Assembly (NCBI GenBank): GCA_963727805.1
Contig: CAVSHF010000003.1
Location: 832,001 to 896,000 of the forward strand
Length of the DNA: 64,000 nucleotides
Source: an uncultured Nitrospiraceae bacterium
GTDB lineage: Bacteria; Nitrospirota; Thermodesulfovibrionia; Thermodesulfovibrionales; Dissulfurispiraceae
Direction: 5' to 3'
Shown: positions 10,130 through 21,019 of the stretch, piece by piece
Layout: each line of letters starts with the position of its first letter
Position numbering within the stretch: position 1 is the stretch's first letter
Program-made: the position numbers and the translations under genes
Notes under the pieces: generated by a model
What the model saw: the letters and a program-made list of their open reading frames with translations, nothing else
Told to the model about the DNA's origin: nothing
Databases searched by the model: none

Positions 10130-11347
10130 ATGTGTCCTGCATCATCCTTCCCGATCCTGAAGCATAAGCCCTTTGCATTCTTCTGGTGTGCGCGTGTAGG
10201 AACATCACTTGCCTCTCAGATGCTCGCTGTGGCTGTAGGGTGGCAAGTCTATGCCCTCACTGGCAGTGCCTTGTATCTCGGTTTTGTCGGTCTTGCTCAG
10301 TTCATGCCCATGTTTCTTTTGACCCTCGTGGTTGGCCATGTCGCCGACCGTTACGATCGCCGGATTATCGCGCGCGTTTGCCAAATGGTGGAGGCGCTTG
10401 GTGCCGGAACTCTAGCACTAGCGAGCTTCAGTGGCTGGCAAAGCAGTGATAATATTCTGATCATCATCTTCATTGTCGGAGCCGCTCGCGCTTTCGAAGG
10501 GCCGACCATGCAGGCCTTGCTTCCCGAACTCGTTCCCATCCCGCTAATACCACGTGCTGCAGCATGGTCAGCCTCGGCTATGCAGACAGCCACAATTATA
10601 GGGCCAGCGTTCGGCGGCTTTCTTTATGCTGCCGGACCGACAACTGTTTACGCGACGGCGGGGATATTGTTCATGACTGCGAGTGTCTTCATTGCCATGA
10701 TCAAGATCGAGCGTGTGCCGTCAAAGCAGGAGCCGATAAGCATCAGTTCGCTATTTGCTGGCATTTCCTTCATCCGAACCCATAAAGAGATATTGGGTGC
10801 AATATCGCTCGATCTCTTCGCTGTTCTTCTTGGTGGCGCAACCGCACTGCTGCCGATATATGCTCGGGATATTCTGATGACGGGTCCATGGGGATTGGGA
10901 CTACTGCGTTCGGCCCCTGCTCTTGGGGCGCTGACAATGTCCGTGTTTCTGGCACGCCACCCGCTTCGGCGCCGCATCGGGAGGACTATGTTCATTTCTG
11001 TGGCAGTATTCGGATTGGCCACGATCATATTTGCTGTATCGACCTCATTCATGCTTTCTCTCATCTCATTGGTAATACTGGGTGCGTCGGACGTCATCAG
11101 CGTGGTGATAAGACTTTCGCTTGTACAGATCGGTACCCCTGATGAGATGCGGGGGCGGGTGAGCGCCGTAAACTCCATGTTTATCGGCACGTCGAACCAG
11201 CTCGGCGAGTTCGAGTCCGGTTTGACCGCAGCTATTTTTGGCGTTGTCCCTGCTGTACTAATCGGAGGCTGCGGTACGATACTTGTCGTCATGCTGTGGA
11301 TGCGTTTTTTCCCCCAGTTGGCGCGGATTGACTCTTTCGATGGATAA
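10130..11347 (+). CDS. MFS transporter (EntS/DHA3-like)
   Basis: about 12 TM; GHVADRYDRR motif A; PDEMRGRV. Confidence 0.9.
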   Translation: MCPASSFPILKHKPFAFFWCARVGTSLASQMLAVAVGWQVYALTGSALYLGFVGLAQFMPMFLLTLVVGHVADRYDRRIIARVCQMVEALGAGTLALASFSGWQSSDNILIIIFIVGAARAFEGPTMQALLPELVPIPLIPRAAAWSASAMQTATIIGPAFGGFLYAAGPTTVYATAGILFMTASVFIAMIKIERVPSKQEPISISSLFAGISFIRTHKEILGAISLDLFAVLLGGATALLPIYARDILMTGPWGLGLLRSAPALGALTMSVFLARHPLRRRIGRTMFISVAVFGLATIIFAVSTSFMLSLISLVILGASDVISVVIRLSLVQIGTPDEMRGRVSAVNSMFIGTSNQLGEFESGLTAAIFGVVPAVLIGGCGTILVVMLWMRFFPQLARIDSFDG

Positions 11348-11572
11348 TTCTACAGATTTCCCCATACCTTGAGTCTTTACTGGTATCAGCTTGTTCCGTG
11401 CAACTCTTTGGACCACTTTTGGCTATCCCAGTCAAGATTTTGTTAACAGTGTCCCTAAATGCTACGAGTTATCACCGCAGTTGATGATCTCATCATTTCG
11501 CCCATCATGAAGAAAATAGAAACGTCTTCTGCCTTTCATTCTCTTGAATTTCGCCCTATAATCTGAAGAGAC

Positions 11573-12706
11573 ATGAAGACAGCCTTCATCTACTCTGACG
11601 ACTTCGCGAAGTATGACTACGGTCGGGGGCATCCGCTCAAGCCCTTTAGGCTGAAGCTTGCTTATGAGCTGATTAAGGCATACGGACTACTCTCTATGCA
11701 GGATGTCCATATAGTAACGGCGAAACCGGCTCATGAAGAAGACCTGCTCCTCTATCATACTAGAGATTACATTGAAGTCCTGAAGGCCGTAAACGGTGGT
11801 CTCGATATACCATGGGAAGAAAAATACGGCCTTGGCTTCGGAGACAATCCGGTATTCGAAGGGGTCTTCGAATGGTCGAGGCTCGTGACCGGGGCATCTA
11901 TTCAGGCCGCCGAACTAGTCGACAGCGGCGAGTTTCCCATCGCCTTCAACATCTCGGGAGGACTCCACCATGCCCGTTCGTCCCGAGCATCAGGCTTTTG
12001 CTATGTGAATGACCCCGTCATCATTATCTCGTCGCTCCTGAATAAGGGAAGACGGGTTGCCTATATCGATATTGACGTGCATCACGGTGATGGAGTGCAG
12101 GAGGCGTTCTACCGTACCGATCAGGTCCTCACCATATCGCTTCACGAATCTGGCCAGCGCCTCTTTCCCGGCACTGGCTTCGAAAGCGAGATAGGCGAGG
12201 GTAGAGGGGAAGGATATTCTGTGAACATTCCCATGCCTCCTTCCTCTGACGACGAGCTTTTTGTTTTCGCCTTCAACGAGGTTGTTCCATCACTGATCGA
12301 GAAATTCAGGCCTGACATCGTCGTTGCCCAGCTCGGCGTAGACTCATTCCGCACAGACCCGCTCGCTCATCTGAACTACACCACGAACGGTTTTTGCGAA
12401 GTTGTCAGGAAGATGAAAGAGTTCTCGCCCAAGTGGATAACCCTCGGAGGAGGAGGATACGAGATAACAAACGTGGCAAAGGCGTGGACACTCGCCTGGG
12501 CGATCATGAACAATGTCGATTTGCCGGATGAGCTGCCAAAGGCATTTCTGGAACAATATCCCCTTGAAGGGTTTAGGAGTCGTAAACTGCGGGACGAGGA
12601 ATACCAAGAAAAAGGGGCCCGAAAAGAGCAGATGCGGGACGAGGTCGGGAGAGTTGTTTCCAAAATCAGGGAAAAAGTGTTTCCACTGATTAACACACCC
12701 GTCTGA
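11573..12706 (+). CDS. acuC: acetoin utilization protein AcuC / class I histone deacetylase family
   Basis: HPLKPFR, GGLHHA, SGFCYVND, DIDVHHGDGVQ, GGGGY. Confidence 0.88.
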   Translation: MKTAFIYSDDFAKYDYGRGHPLKPFRLKLAYELIKAYGLLSMQDVHIVTAKPAHEEDLLLYHTRDYIEVLKAVNGGLDIPWEEKYGLGFGDNPVFEGVFEWSRLVTGASIQAAELVDSGEFPIAFNISGGLHHARSSRASGFCYVNDPVIIISSLLNKGRRVAYIDIDVHHGDGVQEAFYRTDQVLTISLHESGQRLFPGTGFESEIGEGRGEGYSVNIPMPPSSDDELFVFAFNEVVPSLIEKFRPDIVVAQLGVDSFRTDPLAHLNYTTNGFCEVVRKMKEFSPKWITLGGGGYEITNVAKAWTLAWAIMNNVDLPDELPKAFLEQYPLEGFRSRKLRDEEYQEKGARKEQMRDEVGRVVSKIREKVFPLINTPV

Positions 12707-12774
12707 GCCTCAATTCAATAGCTGTATCACCATTTATTAAAAACGCTAGTAAATGCGCAATCAGCATAATACCT

Positions 12775-13269
12775 ATGCAGCAGAAGAAGAAGTCAAACAT
12801 GACAACAGCAAGCAATAGTAATGATTATGATGACCCATTTGACTTGCGTCGTTTTACGAACGCCCAAGACAGGATCTATGATAGTGTCCTCGCAGAGTTA
12901 AAAAGTGGTCAGAAGCGATCTCACTGGATGTGGTATATATTCCCACAGATTCATGGATTAGGACACAGTTCAACTTCAAAATACTATGCGATTAAGAGCA
13001 TGGAAGAAGCTCGGCAGTATTATACTCATCCGGTTCTTGGAAGAAGGTTGCTGGAATGTGTGGAAGCAGTTCTCGGTATCCAAGGGCGTTCAATTTCAGA
13101 AATATTTGGTTGTCCGGATGATTTGAAGCTTAAATCGTCCATGACACTGTTTGCGAGTGTCGCAGATCCAAACTCAGTATTTATTCGCGTCCTTGATAGG
13201 TATTTCCATGGAGAGCGAGACCTCATAACGCTCCGTCTATTAGAGGAGCTCAAGTTAAAGGCGACCTGA
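12775..13269 (+). CDS. DUF1810 family protein
   Basis: KRSHWMWYIFPQ, HPVLG.RL, DDLKLKSSMTLF. Confidence 0.85.
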   Translation: MQQKKKSNMTTASNSNDYDDPFDLRRFTNAQDRIYDSVLAELKSGQKRSHWMWYIFPQIHGLGHSSTSKYYAIKSMEEARQYYTHPVLGRRLLECVEAVLGIQGRSISEIFGCPDDLKLKSSMTLFASVADPNSVFIRVLDRYFHGERDLITLRLLEELKLKAT

Positions 13270-13390
13270 GAAAAGCCTGTTGACATCCTCCCTTGCATAA
13301 ATGCCAAAGATTCCAGACTCAAGCTGCGAGTCGAGACCATGTCCCAGTCAATAACTGTGTTTAATATATCTTACTGGGATGCAAGAATTA

Positions 13391-14410
13391 TCAGTTCCAT
13401 ATTCCAAGGCCTTTCAGGATAAGTCTTCCACCGGCGAGAAGGAGCAAGGCGACAACCATATATCTGACCGACGCAGGCCTTGCCCAGGCAGATAGTCTGA
13501 CCCCGACAACAGAGCCGAACAGGATCCCGAAAATGGATGGAACCGCTATTAGAGGCAATACAGCGCCATTGTTCAAATATATCCATGTTGCTGATGAGTC
13601 AGTTATTGACAGAAGGAATTTACTGGTGGCAACAGATACTTTCAAAGGTGCCCCCATTATCAGGTTAAGGACCGGCACATTAGCCCACCTAGCTCCCATA
13701 CCGAACATACCGGCTATAAAGCCAATAAGAACAAATATTACGAAACCCTGCGGGGTCCGGTGAATTTGCCATTTTATGTCATGCCCGATTGTTATATCGT
13801 GATACATGCCTTGTATCCTGAGGGCAGACGAAAGATGGTCTGCCTGTTTTACCTCAGGAAACTCTTCTTTCTTTGCCACCACCACAAGAGCGATGATCCC
13901 GAAAATCAGTATCCCGAGCCCTACCTGGAGGATGTTCGAGGGTAGCGCAAGTCCTATCAAGGCTCCGGCAATGGAGGCTGAAGAGGCGAAAAGCGCTATC
14001 GGTAAGGCGATCCTTAAATCAGCCATCCCTTTTTTTAGCAGGCCGGGGCTCGCCACCAATGCACTAGCGAGGGCGATTAGCAGGCCAGTGCCTCTCACAA
14101 AATCAAGGTGGAACGGGAAAAAAGCTCCAACCACCGGTACAAAAAGCACGGCTCCTCCTATGCCTCCAAGCACAGCAATAACACCAAGCGAAAAGGCCGT
14201 AATGAATAATGTCAAAGGCCATCCCCACCACGGCATAAAAGATCCTGCAGAATCCGTCGGTGCGGTATCCGGTATTGCTGATGCAAATACCACCACGCTC
14301 ACCACAGCCATTGCCGTGACAATCGTTATGATACTGATAAGGCTCTTTTTTGAAAAACAAAAAAGATGCATGCTTAGAAGTATAGCAGACAGTTGTGCCA
14401 GATATCTCAT
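13391..14410 (-). CDS. sulfite exporter TauE/SafE (TSUP) family
   Basis: GGIGGAVLFVP and second repeat GMFGMG.WANVP; multiple TM helices. Confidence 0.85.
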   Translation of the reverse strand: MRYLAQLSAILLSMHLFCFSKKSLISIITIVTAMAVVSVVVFASAIPDTAPTDSAGSFMPWWGWPLTLFITAFSLGVIAVLGGIGGAVLFVPVVGAFFPFHLDFVRGTGLLIALASALVASPGLLKKGMADLRIALPIALFASSASIAGALIGLALPSNILQVGLGILIFGIIALVVVAKKEEFPEVKQADHLSSALRIQGMYHDITIGHDIKWQIHRTPQGFVIFVLIGFIAGMFGMGARWANVPVLNLIMGAPLKVSVATSKFLLSITDSSATWIYLNNGAVLPLIAVPSIFGILFGSVVGVRLSAWARPASVRYMVVALLLLAGGRLILKGLGIWN

Positions 14411-14720
14411 CCTCTTTATGACTGGAGAGAGGGGAAAGATGGAGGGAGCCCCATGACATCCCTCTCTGTTTCAAGCCTTACTTTTAACTGATGTCCTTTG
14501 CAGCAGCCTTCCGCTGATCGCCTTTTTTAAAAGTAATTCATCATAGAGTTTTTCGACAGCTTTCTAATGCTGAACTCTCGCGCTGACTTCAGAAAGTTAT
14601 TGATGGGTTTTATCCGCGTGTCCTGGTCCCGGATATTTTCTGGCAATCGTCAATCTTAACCTGTGCTATACTGTGGCAATTGCGCTCTTTTAAGTCGTTA
14701 GTAAAACAAATAGAACTTGA

Positions 14721-15545
14721 ATGCAATTGATAATCTACATGGTTAAAACAATTATATTATTTATTTATTTAATTTTGATCCCTGCGACAGCTCTTGCAGG
14801 CGAGCTGGTCATAAAGATTGTCACACGCCCGGGAGTTACCCTAAATCTTCTGATGGTTTCACCAGAATCGCAGACGGATAGTGCGCTGATCATGTTTCCA
14901 GGTGGAAGCGGGCGTGCCCCCTTTGAGATCTCCGAAGGGGTAATCTCAAAAAACAACAACTTTTTGGTAAGAACCGCTCCTGATTTTGCGAAGAAGGGCT
15001 TTCTAGTTGTAGTTGTGGATTCTCCATCGGACAGGCAGGTTCAAGGCATGGACGATGACTTCAGAACATCAAAAGCTCATTTGCAAGATATAACTAACGT
15101 AGTGGATTACTTAACAGCTAAAGGGTATAAATCAATATATCTTGTCGGGACCAGCAGGGGCACCATATCGGCGGCTTATATCGGTGCTGAATTAAAACGC
15201 GTGAATATCACGGGTCTTATCCTCACCTCTACGATGAGTTATTCCAAATTCTTACGGTGGATATCCCTGAATAAGGTCACTTGTCCGGTGCTTATTGTCC
15301 ATCATTGTGAAGACAGTTGCAAGACATGCCCCTTTAATGAGGCATCAAACATGGTCAATCTCTTCAAAGGCAACCCCAAGGTCAATTTTGAAAGTGTGAC
15401 TGGAGGATCATATCCACAGTCTGGGCCATGCGAACCTTTAAGTCCTCATGGATATTTTGGTATCGAAAATGAGGTGATTGATAAAATCGTTCAATGGATA
15501 CGAAATATTAACTCTCCCACCTTGAATAGAATTAATCCAGAATGA
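14721..15545 (+). CDS. exported alpha/beta hydrolase
   Basis: signal peptide; GTSRG nucleophile elbow; C-terminal PHG. Confidence 0.82.
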   Translation: MQLIIYMVKTIILFIYLILIPATALAGELVIKIVTRPGVTLNLLMVSPESQTDSALIMFPGGSGRAPFEISEGVISKNNNFLVRTAPDFAKKGFLVVVVDSPSDRQVQGMDDDFRTSKAHLQDITNVVDYLTAKGYKSIYLVGTSRGTISAAYIGAELKRVNITGLILTSTMSYSKFLRWISLNKVTCPVLIVHHCEDSCKTCPFNEASNMVNLFKGNPKVNFESVTGGSYPQSGPCEPLSPHGYFGIENEVIDKIVQWIRNINSPTLNRINPE

Positions 15546-15619
15546 GCATTCCAGGAGAACAATGTATTGAGTTGTAAAGCGCTGCAACTTGACCTTTGTT
15601 ATTCTGTTTCTTTTGCAGG

Positions 15620-15690
15620 TGTGGATATTCCGCTGAGTTCGGACACTATTCCAATTTAGTTCGGACAGCAATTCAAAATAGTACGGACAG
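15620..15690 (+). repeat. IS21-family-like terminal sequence (TG start, three TTCGGACA-type subterminal repeats)
   Basis: TGTGGATATTCC...gTTCGGACA..gTTCGGACA..gTACGGACA at about 22-bp period; inverted partner at 58009-58104. Confidence 0.65.
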
Positions 15691-16036
15691 ATCATCAAAG
15701 CCGTGGTTCCAAAGAGTTCAGTATCAACTTCGAATAAGCGTCAATCCGCTGCGAAGTTGCGGATTGACGTGTGAAGGACTAAGCCGCTGTGCGGATATGT
15801 CAATTCAATCGAAGATTATCCTTCCTTATACTATCGGCAGTGGCATCTTTTAGGATATATAGGAGCAAGTCTTGCTGAACAAGGCTGATAGGCAGCGTCT
15901 TTAATGCCCCTGTTTGACCTTTGCGATGATGTGCAAGGGCCGAAAGTGGCGTTTTCGGACAACAAGACCGTGTTGCGAAAAGAGATGTTTTTTTCGCGGG
16001 GCGATATTGAGGCGATTTTTGAAACGACCACGGTTT

Positions 16037-17233
16037 TCATCGGCATTGCTCCGGAGGATCGTTGCAGCGGCGGGGAGGCAGAATCTCAATTCGGCGCATC
16101 TTGCCTTTTTTGCAAACGGGGCAGGTGGTGACGTCAATGCCGCAGATCCTTAGCAGCTGTTCCTGCCAGGTCTCAGGCTTGTCCTGCTCTTTCATTACGG
16201 TGTTGTGACTGTCAAGAAGCTCGCGGCATGCAGCAATGTTATCTCTACGTTTCCTGTTTGCCAGCAGGCCGAAGTGCCTTATCCGAACGTATCGATTCGG
16301 CAGTACATGCAGAAGGAATCTTCTGATGAACTCATCGGCCTGCAGAGTCATCACCTTGTGCTTATCGTCATCTGCGTAATCACGCCATTTGAACGAGACC
16401 TTGCCGTTTTCGGCCTCGATTATACGATTGTTGCTGATGGCGATCCTGTGCGTATATCGGCCGAGATATTGCAGGACGCCGCCAACTCCGTCGAAGGGCG
16501 GTTTGCAGTAGACAACCCACTTCTTGTGATAAAGCTTTCTTCTGAGCATCTCGAAGGTATGGGAATCGCCGAGATGACTTATTCCTCCGGGAAAGATAAG
16601 ATCACCCGCTTCAAAGATCCTTTTCAGATGATCGAGGAACTTTCCCCGGAACAACGCCGACATTACCCTGACCGGAATGAAGAAGCCTTTGCGGCAGGAT
16701 ACCCAACTGTCTCCGTCGCAAGACAGGCCGCCTCCGGTGACGACACAGTGGATATGGGGATGGTCCATCAGATTCTGCCCCCAGGTATGAAGGATGCTGA
16801 TGAAGCCGATGCGGGCACCGAGATGCTTCTGGTCATTTGAGAGTTCGGTGAGAGTTTCGGAGACACAACGGAACAGCAGATCATACATGACCTTCTGATT
16901 CATTATGACAACCGGATTGAGTTCCGACGGGATAGTGAAAACTACATGGAAGTACTGGATGGGCAAAAGGTCCTGTTGTCTGGCCTCAATCCACTGTTCT
17001 TTTTTCAGGGTCTGGCATTTGGGACAGTGCCTGTTCCGGCAGGAGTTGTAGGATATCTCGACGTGGCCGCAATCCTCGCACTTGTCCCTATGGCCTCCGA
17101 GTGCTGCCGTCCTGCATATCTCCACGGCGTGCATGGCCCGCAGATGACGAAGAGGCAAGGAATGAGACTGCCGATAATCGGAGCCGTAGCGGCGTAAGAT
17201 ATCCGCCACCTCCACACCACGAGACTGGCGCAT
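16037..17233 (-). CDS. IS91-family HUH/Y2 rolling-circle transposase
   Basis: Zn-binding CRT..GG..C..C..SCRNRHCPKC; HPHIH HUH motif; YLGRY Y2 motif. Confidence 0.95.
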   Translation of the reverse strand: MRQSRGVEVADILRRYGSDYRQSHSLPLRHLRAMHAVEICRTAALGGHRDKCEDCGHVEISYNSCRNRHCPKCQTLKKEQWIEARQQDLLPIQYFHVVFTIPSELNPVVIMNQKVMYDLLFRCVSETLTELSNDQKHLGARIGFISILHTWGQNLMDHPHIHCVVTGGGLSCDGDSWVSCRKGFFIPVRVMSALFRGKFLDHLKRIFEAGDLIFPGGISHLGDSHTFEMLRRKLYHKKWVVYCKPPFDGVGGVLQYLGRYTHRIAISNNRIIEAENGKVSFKWRDYADDDKHKVMTLQADEFIRRFLLHVLPNRYVRIRHFGLLANRKRRDNIAACRELLDSHNTVMKEQDKPETWQEQLLRICGIDVTTCPVCKKGKMRRIEILPPRRCNDPPEQCR

Positions 17234-17254
17234 CTGGATTTACGGCTCAGAGTG

Positions 17255-18100
17255 CTACAGATATTTTTTAGTTGCTATGTCCAGCGGACTGACAACTTTT
17301 GCCAGATTCATCTTGCTGACATGAAGATAAACGGTCGTGGTCGTCGGTGACCTGTGCCCAAGAAGCAGTTGGACATGATGAAGACTAGTCCCCGCCTCGA
17401 TAAGGTGTGTCGCAAAACTATGCCTCAGAGTATGCACGCAAGCATTCTTTGCGATGCCGGCGCGTTTCTTGGATTTTTGGAATATCTGGTAGATGGAGCT
17501 TATAGTGATATGGGTGTTGTCCTTCTCGCCTTCAAATAACCACTCCTCCGGGCGATATTCCCTCCAATACTGTCTTAAGCACTCAAGGGCAGTCTGCGAT
17601 AAGATGGAGTAACGGTCCTTTGCCCCTTTTCCAAGACGGACATAAACCAGCATACTCTTGCTGTCGATATCTGTCACCTTCAGTCGCGCAGCTTCACTTA
17701 TTCTCAACCCGGCAGAATAGGTGATCATCAGAAGCGCCTTGTGCTTGATGTTTTCAGTGACTGAGAAAATCGCCTGGACTTCGGACAAATCCAAAACGAG
17801 AGGCAGCTTCTTCTGGGCTTTCGGATATTGAATATTATTGACTACATCCGCACGATTCAGGGTCGTATTATAAAGGAACTTGATCCCGGCCACATAGGTT
17901 CTGTATGTCCCCCTCGTTAAACCCCTTTCTTCCATAAGATGAACCAGATACTGCTTCACTTCCTCTGTACTCAGTTCTTCAGGAGACTTGCCGAAATAAT
18001 TCTCAAGGTTACCGACTTCCCGGAGATATTTCCTTTGGACACCAAGCGTAATGCCCTTCAACTGAAGATCCTGCAGCAACCGTTCTTTCAACGCGCTCAT
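17255..18100 (-). CDS. tyrosine recombinase, IntI/XerD-like
   Basis: AAGGAG RBS before MSALKE; GLRISE, GKGAKDR, HTLRHS, LLGH, TTVY catalytic residues. Confidence 0.95.
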   Translation of the reverse strand: MSALKERLLQDLQLKGITLGVQRKYLREVGNLENYFGKSPEELSTEEVKQYLVHLMEERGLTRGTYRTYVAGIKFLYNTTLNRADVVNNIQYPKAQKKLPLVLDLSEVQAIFSVTENIKHKALLMITYSAGLRISEAARLKVTDIDSKSMLVYVRLGKGAKDRYSILSQTALECLRQYWREYRPEEWLFEGEKDNTHITISSIYQIFQKSKKRAGIAKNACVHTLRHSFATHLIEAGTSLHHVQLLLGHRSPTTTTVYLHVSKMNLAKVVSPLDIATKKYL

Positions 18101-18283
18101 AATACAATCTCCTTTGAAACTGTTTTCTGCCAGCTCATGCCGGCAGCACAGCAAAGAGAGATTGTAAAAAGACTTCGATGGTTCAACAAAGAAATGTGAT
18201 CAGGCAAAAGTGGCTATTCGAAAAAGATGGTACTACTACTGATAGGCCCTTGCTAATCGAATCCACCGCGCAGCGGTTTAGTC

Positions 18284-18625
18284 CTACTTCCTGTAACCCA
18301 CAATTTCATTCTTCAGCAACAGTATGCGGGTTATTTTCGGAAATATAGTCCCCATTGATGTTATGTTCTTATTCTTTATACTATTGACCATGGCAGGTGC
18401 TGCTGCCATGGATAAGCGAGTGAGCATGTCTGTTGAGTTGAAATCAGTACAGGCAGTTCCCTGCATGAAAATGGCTTGACCCCTTTTAAATCGCCTGCGC
18501 TGCGCGGCGACAACAAGGGCTTCCAGTTCAGCTTTCTGCAGGTTCTCAAACATCCACAGATGACCGATGCAAGTGGTTACAAGCGGAGCGCCTTTCCCCA
18601 TGATTTCATTACAGATGCATCCCAT
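18284..18625 (-). pseudogene. truncated Crp/Fnr-family (HcpR-like) regulator, N-terminus only
   Basis: MGCIC..CIGHLWMFENL...FKRGQAIFMQG resembles the start of a cNMP-binding domain, then similarity is lost; the stop is formed at the element junction. Confidence 0.65.
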
Positions 18626-18695
18626 GAGAGGATATTGCCTCCTCGTTTAAATGAGGGTGTCAGTCCTACAGCTACTTCCTTTTATGGACATCGAT

Positions 18696-19058
18696 TTATA
18701 GCAATGAATCAATTTGCTCAACTTTCATAACCGTCACAAATTGTAACTCCCCAAGCTGCTTGGGAAACACTTCTCTCAATTTATCAGAAATTGTTCCCTG
18801 ACGCTCGATATGGGCAGTGCCGCTCAAACGAAACCCCTTGTTCCCTTTCTCCGCGACGAGTGCAATCTGAATCTTTCCATTTTCGACAATATTCTTACTC
18901 GTAATGCCCTGTCTCCAGCCGAAAAAAGCCAGCGTTTCATCATCAATAAAGAACCCTTTGCCGACAACAATGATGTGCGGCCCGTCGCCTCCTTGTGTAA
19001 CCAGTGGCACAAAAGGCATCTTCTCAAGCATTTCCTTGATTTCGCTATTCATTTTCAT
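18696..19058 (-). CDS. pyridoxamine 5'-phosphate oxidase-like FMN-binding protein
   Basis: AGGAGG RBS; LVTQGGDGPH, T.KNI.EN, GFRLSGTA. Confidence 0.8.
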   Translation of the reverse strand: MKMNSEIKEMLEKMPFVPLVTQGGDGPHIIVVGKGFFIDDETLAFFGWRQGITSKNIVENGKIQIALVAEKGNKGFRLSGTAHIERQGTISDKLREVFPKQLGELQFVTVMKVEQIDSLL

Positions 19059-19145
19059 GTCGTTCCTCCTTGAAACCATGATATAGTTGTTAATTAGGAC
19101 TTTACCCGCTCAAAGGTATTATACATCAACTCACAATCAGCCTTC

Positions 19146-19161
19146 TGTAGCACATGCTACA
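19146..19161. promoter_or_regulatory. palindromic operator, Crp/Fnr (HcpR-like) candidate
   Basis: TGTAGCA-CA-TGCTACA about 90 bp upstream of the FMN-binding/Crp-Fnr genes. Confidence 0.45.
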
Positions 19162-19801
19162 AAAAGTACGTAGAGTAGGAGCCGAGAAGCCGATTTTGGC
19201 AGTTATTTCATGGAATCAAAATCTTGGATAGATGACCAAGGTGTTGACTACGGTTTCAAAATTGACATTTTTTTGAGAGACCCAACGGCGTTCATTATGG
19301 GGAGTACAGGTTAATACCGGGACTTTAAAAAAACGTTTATTACCGGAAAAAAGGCGCAAAGGATTTTTAACACTTTTTCTTGGAAATAAACATCTATGGC
19401 AGAATGGCCGAGGTCTCGATTAGTCGGGTGTACCTGTTGCGCAGGGCTCCTTCCTGAACATCACACTGTCGCTTTTCTACCACACGTGAGAGATTCGAAT
19501 AAGCGTCAATCCGCTGCGAAGTTGCGGATTGACGTGTGAAGGACTAAGCCGCTGTGCGGATATGTCAATTCAATCGAAGATTATCCTTCCTTATACTATC
19601 GGCAGTGGCATCTTTTAGGATATATAGGAGCAAGTCTTGCTGAACAAGGCTGATAGGCAGCGTCTTTAATGCCCCTGTTTGACCTTTGCGATGATGTGCA
19701 AGGGCCGAAAGTGGCGTTTTCGGACAACAAGACCGTGTTGCGAAAAGAGATGTTTTTTTCGCGGGGCGATATTGAGGCGATTTTTGAAACGACCACGGTT
19801 T

Positions 19802-20998
19802 TCATCGGCATTGCTCCGGAGGATCGTTGCAGCGGCGGGGAGGCAGAATCTCAATTCGGCGCATCTTGCCTTTTTTGCAAACGGGGCAGGTGGTGACGTC
19901 AATGCCGCAGATCCTTAGCAGCTGTTCCTGCCAGGTCTCAGGCTTGTCCTGCTCTTTCATTACGGTGTTGTGACTGTCAAGAAGCTCGCGGCATGCAGCA
20001 ATGTTATCTCTACGTTTCCTGTTTGCCAGCAGGCCGAAGTGCCTTATCCGAACGTATCGATTCGGCAGTACATGCAGAAGGAATCTTCTGATGAACTCAT
20101 CGGCCTGCAGAGTCATCACCTTGTGCTTATCGTCATCTGCGTAATCACGCCATTTGAACGAGACCTTGCCGTTTTCGGCCTCGATTATACGATTGTTGCT
20201 GATGGCGATCCTGTGCGTATATCGGCCGAGATATTGCAGGACGCCGCCAACTCCGTCGAAGGGCGGTTTGCAGTAGACAACCCACTTCTTGTGATAAAGC
20301 TTTCTTCTGAGCATCTCGAAGGTATGGGAATCGCCGAGATGACTTATTCCTCCGGGAAAGATAAGATCACCCGCTTCAAAGATCCTTTTCAGATGATCGA
20401 GGAACTTTCCCCGGAACAACGCCGACATTACCCTGACCGGAATGAAGAAGCCTTTGCGGCAGGATACCCAACTGTCTCCGTCGCAAGACAGGCCGCCTCC
20501 GGTGACGACACAGTGGATATGGGGATGGTCCATCAGATTCTGCCCCCAGGTATGAAGGATGCTGATGAAGCCGATGCGGGCACCGAGATGCTTCTGGTCA
20601 TTTGAGAGTTCGGTGAGAGTTTCGGAGACACAACGGAACAGCAGATCATACATGACCTTCTGATTCATTATGACAACCGGATTGAGTTCCGACGGGATAG
20701 TGAAAACTACATGGAAGTACTGGATGGGCAAAAGGTCCTGTTGTCTGGCCTCAATCCACTGTTCTTTTTTCAGGGTCTGGCATTTGGGACAGTGCCTGTT
20801 CCGGCAGGAGTTGTAGGATATCTCGACGTGGCCGCAATCCTCGCACTTGTCCCTATGGCCTCCGAGTGCTGCCGTCCTGCATATCTCCACGGCGTGCATG
20901 GCCCGCAGATGACGAAGAGGCAAGGAATGAGACTGCCGATAATCGGAGCCGTAGCGGCGTAAGATATCCGCCACCTCCACACCACGAGACTGGCGCAT
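19802..20998 (-). CDS. IS91-family transposase
   Basis: protein identical to 16037-17233. Confidence 0.95.
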   Translation of the reverse strand: MRQSRGVEVADILRRYGSDYRQSHSLPLRHLRAMHAVEICRTAALGGHRDKCEDCGHVEISYNSCRNRHCPKCQTLKKEQWIEARQQDLLPIQYFHVVFTIPSELNPVVIMNQKVMYDLLFRCVSETLTELSNDQKHLGARIGFISILHTWGQNLMDHPHIHCVVTGGGLSCDGDSWVSCRKGFFIPVRVMSALFRGKFLDHLKRIFEAGDLIFPGGISHLGDSHTFEMLRRKLYHKKWVVYCKPPFDGVGGVLQYLGRYTHRIAISNNRIIEAENGKVSFKWRDYADDDKHKVMTLQADEFIRRFLLHVLPNRYVRIRHFGLLANRKRRDNIAACRELLDSHNTVMKEQDKPETWQEQLLRICGIDVTTCPVCKKGKMRRIEILPPRRCNDPPEQCR

Positions 20999-21019
20999 CT
21001 GGATTTACGGCTCAGAGTG

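Larger units (their letters stand above)
15729..18287 (-). mobile_element. tyrosine recombinase + IS91-type transposase element, copy 1 (2559 bp)
   Basis: same length, ends and proteins as 19494-22052 and inverted 55338-57896; bounded by GTA/GAA on the coding strand. Confidence 0.93.

Noticed and set aside
16205..16840. 211-aa antisense ORF in each IS91 transposase copy
   Set aside because: Antisense shadow; conservation is explained by the copies being identical
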